A stretch of 62,057 nucleotides of DNA from Candidatus Aminicenantales bacterium (lineage in GTDB: Bacteria; Acidobacteriota; Aminicenantia; Aminicenantales; Saccharicenantaceae): NCBI GenBank assembly GCA_049512315.1, contig JBEKXF010000018.1:1-62057 (forward strand), given 5' to 3'. Under the pieces are notes generated by a model. It searched no databases and was not told the origin of the DNA. It saw only the letters and a program-made list of their open reading frames with translations. Shown here piece after piece: positions 1-8,086 of the stretch. Each line of letters begins with the position of its first letter. Within the stretch, counting starts at the first letter, position 1. The position numbers and the translations under genes are program-made.

Positions 1-390
1 AGCTACTACGCCTCCGGGGAATTCCTGGACAGGGCCGAGCTCGAAATGGCCCGGCGCGAAACCGTGGACTACCTCGAGCGAAGCCAGTACGTCCTGCTGG
101 ATTTCCTCGGGACGCCCTCGGGCCAAGCCGCGGCCCGTCCGGCCTTAAGCATGGTCCAGGCCCGCGAGCTCCTTTCGAAAAAGAAATATCTCAACCGGGA
201 GCTCGAAAAATTCCAGATGGCCAAGGCCAAAGCGATTTGCGACCAGATTGAGATGCTCTTCCTCGAACTGGCCCAGATCAGTGGCGATCTGCCCGAGGCC
301 GATCTGGCCAAAATGCGAGACCTGGTCGAGGAGCGCCAGCTCTTCCTCAAGATTAACCTGGTCAAAAAAGAACTGCAAAATGGGGTTTAA
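1..390 (+). CDS. 5'-truncated hypothetical protein (helical C-terminus; possibly the anti-sigma-type gene of an ECF-like operon)
   Basis: Frame open from base 1 to TAA at 388-390; host-like codon usage; next ATG 1 nt after the stop. Function is a guess from context. Confidence 0.55.
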   Translation, partial: SYYASGEFLDRAELEMARRETVDYLERSQYVLLDFLGTPSGQAAARPALSMVQARELLSKKKYLNRELEKFQMAKAKAICDQIEMLFLELAQISGDLPEADLAKMRDLVEERQLFLKINLVKKELQNGV

Positions 391-391
391 C

Positions 392-1252
392 ATGAGAAAA
401 ATCATTCCGGCAATCTGTTTCGTCCTAGCCCTGGGGCTGGGATCGGCGGCCTCCGGCCGGGCCTTTCCCCAGGCTCCGACGGACGAAAAGCTTTTCCAGG
501 ACTCCAAGCTCCTGATTTTCGACAAGAAGTGGGAAGCGGCGTTGGACAAGCTCCAGGAAATCGTGGATTCAGGCGCCAAGGGTCCCTATTACAGCCAGGC
601 CGTCTTTTACAAAGGGGAATGCCTGAACTCGATCAAGGGCCGGGAGAAGGACGCGCTCTTGGCTTATAAAGAGTACATCCAGCTCCGCGACGCCAACCCG
701 AGCCTGGTCGAGAAGTCTGAGGGCTCGATCATCGATCTGGCCTGCGCTCTTTATGATAAAGGAGACCGGATGGCCTTGAAGGAGCTCGAAAGCCGGCTGG
801 ACCATCCGAACCGGGCGATCAAGTACTACGCCGCCTACAAGCTCAGCCTCGTCCCGGACAAGGCGGTCGCGTCCAAGGCGGTGCCCGTCCTCGAGCAGAT
901 CATCAGGACGGAGAAGGACCCCGAGCTCACGGACCGGGCCCGGATTGCCCTCCTCCGTGTCTCACCCGAGAGCCTCAAGTCCGTCGAGGACAGAAGGCCT
1001 TCGTCCGGGTCGCCCCGGATGCTTAGGATCCGGATCTGGAAAAAGGGCCTGAAGAACCCCGAGGTGTCCCTCAATATCCCCTGGGCCCTGGCCGACCTCG
1101 CCCTGAACGCCATGGACGAGGAAGACAAAATGGCTCTCCGCAAAAAGGGCTACGACCTCAACAAGATCATGAACGAGCTCGCCAAGTCCAAGGAGAGCAT
1201 TCTCCGGATCGAGGGGGAGGACGGCTCGATCATCGAGATCTGGATCGAGTGA
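392..1252 (+). CDS. Secreted TPR/HEAT-repeat protein with C-terminal alpha/beta domain
   Basis: ATG 392, signal peptide MRKIIPAICFVLALGLGSAA, TPR-like helices (WEAALDKLQ..YSQAVFYKGECL), HEAT-like segment (AVPVLEQIIRTEKDPELTDRARIALL). Confidence 0.7.
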   Translation: MRKIIPAICFVLALGLGSAASGRAFPQAPTDEKLFQDSKLLIFDKKWEAALDKLQEIVDSGAKGPYYSQAVFYKGECLNSIKGREKDALLAYKEYIQLRDANPSLVEKSEGSIIDLACALYDKGDRMALKELESRLDHPNRAIKYYAAYKLSLVPDKAVASKAVPVLEQIIRTEKDPELTDRARIALLRVSPESLKSVEDRRPSSGSPRMLRIRIWKKGLKNPEVSLNIPWALADLALNAMDEEDKMALRKKGYDLNKIMNELAKSKESILRIEGEDGSIIEIWIE

Positions 1253-1300
1253 TCCTGGGAACGAATAGACAATAAATAAAGGAAAGAGAGGAGAACAAAC

Positions 1301-1687
1301 ATGAGAAAGACAGCAATCGCCATCCTCGCCGCCGTGGCCATCGCCCTTCTCGCGACCCCGGTCCTGAGAGCCCAGAATCATGACGATTTCCAGGCCATCC
1401 AGAAGGCCGTCAAGCAGAACCCGGCCTACGAAGAGGGCAAGGAAGTCAAATGGTTCAAGGTCCTCATCACCGATACGAAGACCGGCAAGGACAAAGTCCG
1501 GGTTACGCTGCCCCTGGCCCTCGTCGAAGCCCTCATCAAGTGCGCCGACGACAAGAGCATGAAGTTCAAGGAAGAAGGTTGCGACGTCGATCTCAAGGTG
1601 CTGTTCGCCGAGCTGAAAAAGGTCGGCCCCATGGCCCTCATCGAGATCATGGACGAGGGCTCGCTCATCAAGGTCTGGCTCGAATAG
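1301..1687 (+). CDS. Secreted hypothetical protein, paralogous to the C-terminal domain of the upstream gene
   Basis: SD GAGGAG, signal peptide ending VLRA-Q, KVRVTLPLAL..IKVWLE pattern. Confidence 0.75.
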   Translation: MRKTAIAILAAVAIALLATPVLRAQNHDDFQAIQKAVKQNPAYEEGKEVKWFKVLITDTKTGKDKVRVTLPLALVEALIKCADDKSMKFKEEGCDVDLKVLFAELKKVGPMALIEIMDEGSLIKVWLE

Positions 1688-1718
1688 CCGGCCGCGTTCT
1701 CCAGGGAACATTCTCAAC

Positions 1719-1748
1719 GGGAGGCGGACTCCGGTCCGCCTCCCTTTT
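1719..1748 (+). terminator. Intrinsic terminator
   Basis: GGGAGGCGGAC-TCCG-GTCCGCCTCCC 11-bp stem followed by TTTT. Confidence 0.8.
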
Positions 1749-1750
1749 CA

Positions 1751-1779
1751 TTGACAAGGCCTCCCCGCGCCCATAAAAT
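1751..1779 (+). promoter_or_regulatory. sigma70 promoter of the LeuC/D/B-family operon
   Basis: TTGACA-17bp-TAAAAT, then SD AGGAGG at 1789-1794. Confidence 0.8.
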
Positions 1780-1799
1780 GGGAGGGCCAGGAGGTCGAT

Positions 1800-3053
1800 T
1801 TGGGCAAGACTCTGACGGAAAAAGTCCTCGGGCTCAAGGCCGGGAAGGACGTCCAGGCCGGTGAGGTCATCACGGTCTCCCCGGACTACGTCCTCTCCCA
1901 CGACAACTCGGCGGCCATCATCCAGGAATTCAGGAAAATCGGCGTCAAAAAAGTCCGCGCCCCAGAGAAAATTGTCATCGTCCTGGACCACATCGTCCCG
2001 GCCTCAGAAGAAAAATACGCCCAAAACCACAAAACGATCCGGGAATTCGTGGCCGAACAGGGGATAGAGAACTTCTTCGATATCAACTTCGGCATCTGTC
2101 ATCAGGTCCTGCCGGAGCAGGGGTTCGCCGTGCCGGGGAAAGTCATCGTCGGGAGCGACTCCCACACGCCGAGCTACGGCGCGCTCGGGGCCTTCGCCAC
2201 GGGGATCGGCCGGACCGAGACGGCCTGCACCTGGGCGACCGACGAGATCTGGCTCCGGGTTCCCGAAACCATGCGGATCGACCTCGCGGGCCGCCTCTCC
2301 GCCGGAGTCTCGGCCAAGGACCTCAGCCTGAAGATCATCGGCGACCACGGCGCCGAGATGGCCAACTATAAGGCCGTGGAGTTCGCGGGCCCGGCCGCGA
2401 AAGAGCTCAGCGTCGGGGCCCGGCTGACCCTGGCCAATATGTCGGCGGAAATGGGGGCCAAGAACGGCTACTTCGCTCCCGACGAAAAGGCGTTCGAATG
2501 GCTTAAGGGACGGGCCCGCGGGCCTTTCCAGCCCGTTGCCTCCGACCCTGACGCTCTGTTCGAGAGCGTCCTCGCCTATGACCTCTCCGTTCTCGAACCT
2601 CAGCTCGCCTGCCCCCACACCGTGGACAACGTCAAACCGGTGGGGGAGGTCGAGGGCAAGCCCGTCCACCAGGTCCTCATCGGGACCTGCACGAACGGCC
2701 GGCTGGAGGACCTCGACGAGGCCGCCCGGATCGTAAAGGACAGGCAGATTCATCCCCGCGTCCGGGCGCTCGTCATCCCCGCGTCTTGGGAGGTCTACCG
2801 GGAAGCCCTGAAGTCCGGGACCCTGGCCGTCCTGGCCGACGCCGGCTGCGTCATCCTCAACTCGGGCTGCGGGCCGTGCCTCGGCGCCCACGAAGGGCTT
2901 CTGGCCGCGGGCGAGGTCTGCGTCAGCACCTCGAACCGGAATTTCCGGGGCCGCATGGGCCACAGGGATTCGGAGATCTACCTGGCCTCCCCGGCCACGG
3001 CCGCCGCCTCGGCGATCGAGGGGAAGATCGCCGACCCGAGGAGGTACCTATGA
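1800..3053 (+). CDS. 3-isopropylmalate dehydratase/homoaconitase family large subunit
   Basis: TTG start with SD; GICHQV, GSDSHT, [4Fe-4S] ligands IGTCTNGR and SGCGPCLG, STSNRNFRGRMG. Confidence 0.92.
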   Translation: MGKTLTEKVLGLKAGKDVQAGEVITVSPDYVLSHDNSAAIIQEFRKIGVKKVRAPEKIVIVLDHIVPASEEKYAQNHKTIREFVAEQGIENFFDINFGICHQVLPEQGFAVPGKVIVGSDSHTPSYGALGAFATGIGRTETACTWATDEIWLRVPETMRIDLAGRLSAGVSAKDLSLKIIGDHGAEMANYKAVEFAGPAAKELSVGARLTLANMSAEMGAKNGYFAPDEKAFEWLKGRARGPFQPVASDPDALFESVLAYDLSVLEPQLACPHTVDNVKPVGEVEGKPVHQVLIGTCTNGRLEDLDEAARIVKDRQIHPRVRALVIPASWEVYREALKSGTLAVLADAGCVILNSGCGPCLGAHEGLLAAGEVCVSTSNRNFRGRMGHRDSEIYLASPATAAASAIEGKIADPRRYL

Positions 3054-3556
3054 GCGCCGGAAAAGTCTGGAAATACGGGGACAACGTCAACACGGATGTC
3101 CTCTATCCCGGCCGCTACACTTACCAGATCCTCTCGCCCGAGGAGATGGCCAAGCACGCCCTCGAGGACCTTGACCCCGATTTCGCGGCCAACGTCCGGC
3201 CCGGAGATATCATCGTGGCCGGCAAGAATTTCGGCTGCGGAAGCTCCCGGGAACAGGCCGCCGCCTGCCTGAAATACGCCGGCCTCAAGGCCGTGGTCGC
3301 CAGATCGTTCGGCCGGATCTATTTTCGGAACGCCATCAACCTGGGTCTGCCCGTCGTCCAGTCCGAGGAGGCTTGCGATTCCCTGGAGAGAGGCGACGAA
3401 GCCGAGATCGACTTCGCCCGGGGCGAGATCCGCTCGCCGCGCGGGACGTTCCGGTTCCTGCCGCTCCCGGAATCCGTCATCGGCATCCTCCAGGCCGGCG
3501 GGCTCCTCGAGTACACGAAGAAGAAGCTGGCCTCCGCCGTCCCGCCGAAATCCTGA
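3050..3556 (+). CDS. 3-isopropylmalate dehydratase/homoaconitase family small subunit
   Basis: ATGA overlap; GKVWKYGDNVNTD, NFGCGSSREQA, SFGRIYFRNAINLG. Confidence 0.92.
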   Translation: MSAGKVWKYGDNVNTDVLYPGRYTYQILSPEEMAKHALEDLDPDFAANVRPGDIIVAGKNFGCGSSREQAAACLKYAGLKAVVARSFGRIYFRNAINLGLPVVQSEEACDSLERGDEAEIDFARGEIRSPRGTFRFLPLPESVIGILQAGGLLEYTKKKLASAVPPKS

Positions 3557-3571
3557 AGCAAGGAGCCATCC

Positions 3572-4687
3572 ATGTCCAAGTATAAGATCGCCATCCTCCC
3601 CGGTGACGGGGTCGGCAAGGACGTCGTCGAAGCCACGATGATCGTCCTCAACAAGATCGGTCTCGACGCCCAATACATCCCCGGCGACATCGGCTGGGAA
3701 TTCTGGCGCCGGGAAGGCAACCCCCTGCCCGACCGGACGGTCAGGCTGCTCAAGGAGACCGATGCCTGCCTGTTCGGGGCCATCACCTCCAAGCCCAAGG
3801 AGGACGCGAGCCTGGAGCTCGCTCCCGCGCTCAGGGCCAAGGGATTGTCCTACTTCAGCCCGATCGTCCGCCTCCGCCAGGAATTCGACCTCTACCAGAA
3901 CCTCAGGCCCTGCAAGGCCTACGCCGGGAATCCTCTCAATTATAAGGAAGGGATCGACCTGGTCATCTTCCGCGAGAACACCGAGGGGATGTATGCCGGG
4001 GTCGAGTTCTTCCCCCTGCCCCAGGTCGTCCGCGACGCCCTCCTCACGAACCCCAAAATGAAGCGCTTCAAGGACGTCCCGGCCAACGAAATCGCCGTCT
4101 CCACCCGGATCATGACCAAAGCCGCCTGCGCCAGGATCACCAAGGCGGCCTTCGAGTTCGCCCGGAAATACAAGAGGAAATCCGTGACCCTCATCGAGAA
4201 GCCGAACGTCCTCCGCGAGACGGGCGGCCTGATGCTCGACGCCGCCCGCGAGGTCGCCAAGGCCTACCCGGACATCAAGTTCTGGGACGTCAACGTGGAC
4301 GCCATCTGCATGTGGCTCCTCAAAAACCCCCACGATTACGACGTCCTCGTCGCCGAAAATCTGTTCGGCGACATCGTCTCGGACCTGGCCGCCCAGCTCG
4401 TCGGCGGGCTGGGGTTCGCCTGCAGCGGCAACATCGGCGACACGTACGGGGTCTTCGAGCCCACCCACGGCTCGGCCCCGAAATACTCCGGGATGTACAA
4501 AGTCAACCCCATCGCCACGATCCTGGCGGCCAAGATGATGCTCGACTGGATCGGCGAGACGGCCAAGGCTGCCTTGATCGAGGACGCCGTGGCCGCCGTC
4601 ATCAAGGAAGGCCAGGTCCGGACCTACGACATGGGAGGGTCCTCGACGAGCCTGGACGTCGGCCGGGCCGTGGCCGGCAAGCTCTAG
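3572..4687 (+). CDS. Isocitrate/isopropylmalate/homoisocitrate dehydrogenase family protein
   Basis: GDGVG, RENTEG, NLFGDIVSD, FEPTHGSAP motifs. Confidence 0.92.
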   Translation: MSKYKIAILPGDGVGKDVVEATMIVLNKIGLDAQYIPGDIGWEFWRREGNPLPDRTVRLLKETDACLFGAITSKPKEDASLELAPALRAKGLSYFSPIVRLRQEFDLYQNLRPCKAYAGNPLNYKEGIDLVIFRENTEGMYAGVEFFPLPQVVRDALLTNPKMKRFKDVPANEIAVSTRIMTKAACARITKAAFEFARKYKRKSVTLIEKPNVLRETGGLMLDAAREVAKAYPDIKFWDVNVDAICMWLLKNPHDYDVLVAENLFGDIVSDLAAQLVGGLGFACSGNIGDTYGVFEPTHGSAPKYSGMYKVNPIATILAAKMMLDWIGETAKAALIEDAVAAVIKEGQVRTYDMGGSSTSLDVGRAVAGKL

Positions 4688-4691
4688 CTTT

Positions 4692-5378
4692 ATGCTCATT
4701 CTCGCCGTCGATACGACAACGCCGAGCGGCTCCGTGGCCCTGCTCAGGGACGCGGAGCTCTTGGGGGAGTTCGACCTCGAGTCGCCCTCGACCCATTCGG
4801 CCCGGCTGCTGCGCTCCGTTGGCTTCCTGCTCCAGGCGAACGGCCTTGATATCCAAGCCGTCGACGCTTACGCGGTGGCCGCCGGGCCGGGCTCCTTCAC
4901 CGGCATCCGCATCGGCCTGAGCGCCGTCAAGTCCCTGGCCTTCGCTTCGGGCCGGATGGTCGCCCCGGTCTCCACCCTCGAAGCCCTGGCCTCGAAGATC
5001 GCGGCCCCTCCCGTCCGGCTGGCCTGCCCGGTCCTCGACGCCAAGAAGGGCGAGATCTACGCTGCCCTTTTCGAAGTGCGGGCGTCCCGGCTCAGCGAGG
5101 TCATCCCGCAAGGGGCCTACGACCCCGAGGCCTTTTTCGCCCGGCTGCCAGCCCACCGCGTCACGTCCTTCATCGGCAACGGCCTGTGCATCTACCGGGA
5201 CAAGCTCCTAGCCCACGTCCGGGACAAAGCCCGCTTCCCCCGCCGGTCGCCCTTCATCGCCGCCGAGGTCGGCCTGATCGGCCACAGGATGCTTCTCGAG
5301 GGGAAGGGCGTCCCGGCCGGCGGGCTCGAACCGGTCTATTTTCGAATATCCCAGGCCGAGGAGAAAAAGACAGCGTGA
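4692..5378 (+). CDS. tsaB: tRNA threonylcarbamoyladenosine biosynthesis protein TsaB
   Basis: MLILAVDTT, HSARLL, GPGSFTGIRIG, DAKKGEIY. Confidence 0.93.
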   Translation: MLILAVDTTTPSGSVALLRDAELLGEFDLESPSTHSARLLRSVGFLLQANGLDIQAVDAYAVAAGPGSFTGIRIGLSAVKSLAFASGRMVAPVSTLEALASKIAAPPVRLACPVLDAKKGEIYAALFEVRASRLSEVIPQGAYDPEAFFARLPAHRVTSFIGNGLCIYRDKLLAHVRDKARFPRRSPFIAAEVGLIGHRMLLEGKGVPAGGLEPVYFRISQAEEKKTA

Positions 5379-5845
5379 AAGCGAGCGACGGCCGCTTTTT
5401 CATCCGGCGGATGAAGGAGGAAGACCTGCCCGTGGTCCGGACTATCGAGGCCCTGTCTTTCTCGAACCCCTGGAGCGACAACACCTTCCGGGGCGAGATT
5501 CAGAACACATCCATTTCTTTTCCGCTGGTCGTCGTCCGCAAGCCCGGCGACGAGGTCGTCGGCTACATCATCTTCTGGCACATCCGGGAGGACGTCCAGG
5601 TCAACAACGTCGCCGTCCACCCGGATTTCCGCGGGCAGGGGATCGGCGAGGCCCTGATGCGCCACGTCATCGACAAGGTCCGGAAGAACGGCGCCACCTT
5701 CATGACCCTCGAGGTCCGGCCCTCGAACGCTGCGGCCGTGACGCTCTACAAAAAGCTGGGGTTCGAGATCCTGGGGACGCGGAAGAATTACTACACCAAC
5801 CCGGACGAGGACGCCTACCTGATGGGACTCGTCCTGGATCAATAA
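5375..5845 (+). CDS. rimI: Ribosomal protein S18 alanine N-acetyltransferase
   Basis: GTGA overlap with tsaB; GNAT motif VAVHPDFRGQGIG, LEVRPSN, RKNYY..EDA. Confidence 0.9.
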   Translation: MKASDGRFFIRRMKEEDLPVVRTIEALSFSNPWSDNTFRGEIQNTSISFPLVVVRKPGDEVVGYIIFWHIREDVQVNNVAVHPDFRGQGIGEALMRHVIDKVRKNGATFMTLEVRPSNAAAVTLYKKLGFEILGTRKNYYTNPDEDAYLMGLVLDQ

Positions 5846-6567
5846 TCGACCCGGACGAGGCACAACCCCTTGGCCGGAGCCGTCGGACCGGCCAGGGTCC
5901 TGTTCTTCCGGCGGAAGATCTCCTCCACGTCGTCCGGGGTGAACTTGCCCCGCCCGACCTCGAGGAGCGTCCCGACGATCGTCCGGACCATATAGCGGAG
6001 AAACCCGTTGGCTTCGACGGTATAGATGACTTCGTCGCCCCTTTTCCGGATCTCGGAGCGCCGGATCGTCCTCACGGGGCCCCGCTCCCGGTTCGAGGAG
6101 AAGGCCGTGAAGTCCGCCTTCCGGACGAAAAGGGGCGCGGCCGCCCTCATGGCCCGGAGGTTGAGCGGGTAAGGCCAGTGAAGGCCGTAGCGGAAATCGA
6201 AAGGGCCAACCTGAGGGGCGTGGACGATCCTGTACTCGTAGACCTTAGCTTTCGCCGACTTCCTGGCGTGGAAGCCCGGCGCCGCCCTCTCGAGGCCCAG
6301 GATCCGGATGTCCCAGGCAAGGACGGCGTTGAGGGCGCGGAACAGGTCCTCGTCCCTGAGCCTGGTCGTGACCCCGAAATGGGCCACCTGGCCACGGGCG
6401 TGGACGCCCGCATCTGTCCGCCCGGCGCCGTGGACGGCGACCCTTTTGCGGGTGATCTTGAAGACCGCGTCCTCGAGCGCACCCTGGACGGTCCTCTCTT
6501 CGGGCTGGCGTTGCCAGCCCCGGAAGTCCGTTCCGTCGTAGGCCAGGACGATCTTGTAGCTTTGCAT
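5839..6567 (-). CDS. truA: tRNA pseudouridine(38-40) synthase
   Basis: YDGTDFRGWQRQ, GAGRTDAGVHARGQV, NGFLRYMVR, TAPAKGLCL. Confidence 0.95.
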   Translation of the reverse strand: MQSYKIVLAYDGTDFRGWQRQPEERTVQGALEDAVFKITRKRVAVHGAGRTDAGVHARGQVAHFGVTTRLRDEDLFRALNAVLAWDIRILGLERAAPGFHARKSAKAKVYEYRIVHAPQVGPFDFRYGLHWPYPLNLRAMRAAAPLFVRKADFTAFSSNRERGPVRTIRRSEIRKRGDEVIYTVEANGFLRYMVRTIVGTLLEVGRGKFTPDDVEEIFRRKNRTLAGPTAPAKGLCLVRVDY

Positions 6568-6578
6568 GCGAGCGGGCG

Positions 6579-7034
6579 TCAGCCGAGGGCCAGCCGGACT
6601 GCCTCCTCCGGGTCGAAGGCCGGGAGGACGCCCTTGATGTCCCATGTCCCGAGGCCGACGACTTTCTTCCCGTAGATCAGCCCATAAGCGATCTCCGAGA
6701 GCGTCCCGTATTCCCCGTCGACGGCGATGACGACGTCCGCGTTCATCACAACCAGGGAATTGCGGGTGTAGCCGAGGCCGGTGGCGAGGGGGATATCGAT
6801 GGACGGATTGGCCTCGGACGGATTGGCGCCGGGAAGGATGCCAAGCGAGAAGCCGCCACCCTCTCGCACTCCGCGCGCTGCCGCTTCCATCACCCCGCCG
6901 AGCCCCCCGCACACGAGGAGCGCCCCCCTGGCCGCGATCAACCGCCCGACCTCGAAGGCCTGGTCCAGGGCCGCCCGGCCGGGCCTGCTCCCGCCGATGA
7001 CGGCCACCCGCTTCCTCTTCCTCAGATCATCCAT
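6579..7034 (-). CDS. TIGR00725-family (LOG/SLOG Rossmann-fold) protein
   Basis: CGGLGGVMEAAARG, GILPG, RNSLVV, GEYGTLSEIA. Confidence 0.85.
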   Translation of the reverse strand: MDDLRKRKRVAVIGGSRPGRAALDQAFEVGRLIAARGALLVCGGLGGVMEAAARGVREGGGFSLGILPGANPSEANPSIDIPLATGLGYTRNSLVVMNADVVIAVDGEYGTLSEIAYGLIYGKKVVGLGTWDIKGVLPAFDPEEAVRLALG

Positions 7035-7177
7035 CTCGGGTCCTTTCTTCTCCAGATTCGGGCCTGGTCTCCTCTATCTCATAGCATAAGGCGCGCCGTT
7101 CTGGCAATCGGCATCCCGACGCGCCGGACGACTAAACCAAAATGAGGCGCGGCAGCCGGATTCTCCTTCGGCGGCGT

Positions 7178-7206
7178 TTGACTTCACGCGTTGCGTATGT
7201 TAGAAA
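7178..7206 (+). promoter_or_regulatory. Putative sigma70 promoter of the MglA-like gene
   Basis: TTGACT-17bp-TAGAAA with TG at the extended -10 position. Confidence 0.5.
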
Positions 7207-7234
7207 TGGATAAGCAATGAGGGTTGCATAGGAT

Positions 7235-8041
7235 ATGGCAGTCGTTAACTACGCGACCAAGAACCTAGCCATCAAGATCGTCTATTACGGGCCGGGCCTG
7301 AGCGGCAAGACGACCAACCTCCGCTACATCTATTTCAAGCTCGACCCAGCCTCCCGGGGCGACCTCGTCTGCCTGGAAACTGAAACGGAGCGGACGTATT
7401 TCTTCGACCTCCTGCCGATCAAGGCGGGAATGATCGGCGAGTTCAAGGTCCATTTCCAGCTCATGACTGTCCCCGGCCAGGTCTTTTACGAGGCCTCGCG
7501 CAAGAGCGTCCTCAAGGGCACGGACGGGATCATTTTCGTCGCCGATTCCCAGATTCCGCTCCTCGATGCCAACCTGGAGAGCTTTGACGGCCTGCGCCGG
7601 AATTGCCTTCAGCACGACATCGACCTCAACAAGATCCCCCTGGTCTTCCAGTACAACAAGAGGGACCTCAGTTATCTCATCCCGGTGGAGACCTTCAACA
7701 ATCTCCTGAACCCCAGGAAATGCCCCTACATCGAGGCCGTGGCCGTCAACGGGGCCGGCGTTTTTGAGACCCTCCGGGAGATCGCCAAGCTGACCGTCCC
7801 CGCGGTCCGGGAAAAATATTTCGGGGAGAAGCGCCGGACAGAGACCGTCCAGCCTGAAACGGCCGGCCAGGAGATCGATCACCTGATGGGATCACCGAGG
7901 GCCGCCCGCGAGAACATCGAATTCGTGGCGCCGGACCAGGCGGAGCCCCTCCAGGTCACGAAGGTCAAGATCAAGTCCCCGCAGGACGTCGAGGGCGAGC
8001 TCGAGAAGCTCTCCAAAGAATACGGCGAAAAGTCGAAATAG
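7235..8041 (+). CDS. mglA: MglA-family small Ras-like GTPase with C-terminal extension
   Basis: KIVYYGPGLSGKTTNL, ERTYFFDLLP, TVPGQVFY, QYNKRDL. Confidence 0.85.
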   Translation: MAVVNYATKNLAIKIVYYGPGLSGKTTNLRYIYFKLDPASRGDLVCLETETERTYFFDLLPIKAGMIGEFKVHFQLMTVPGQVFYEASRKSVLKGTDGIIFVADSQIPLLDANLESFDGLRRNCLQHDIDLNKIPLVFQYNKRDLSYLIPVETFNNLLNPRKCPYIEAVAVNGAGVFETLREIAKLTVPAVREKYFGEKRRTETVQPETAGQEIDHLMGSPRAARENIEFVAPDQAEPLQVTKVKIKSPQDVEGELEKLSKEYGEKSK

Positions 8042-8086
8042 GGTGAAATAGAAGAGGCCGCTGCTCCGTCTTTATCAATAGGACGG

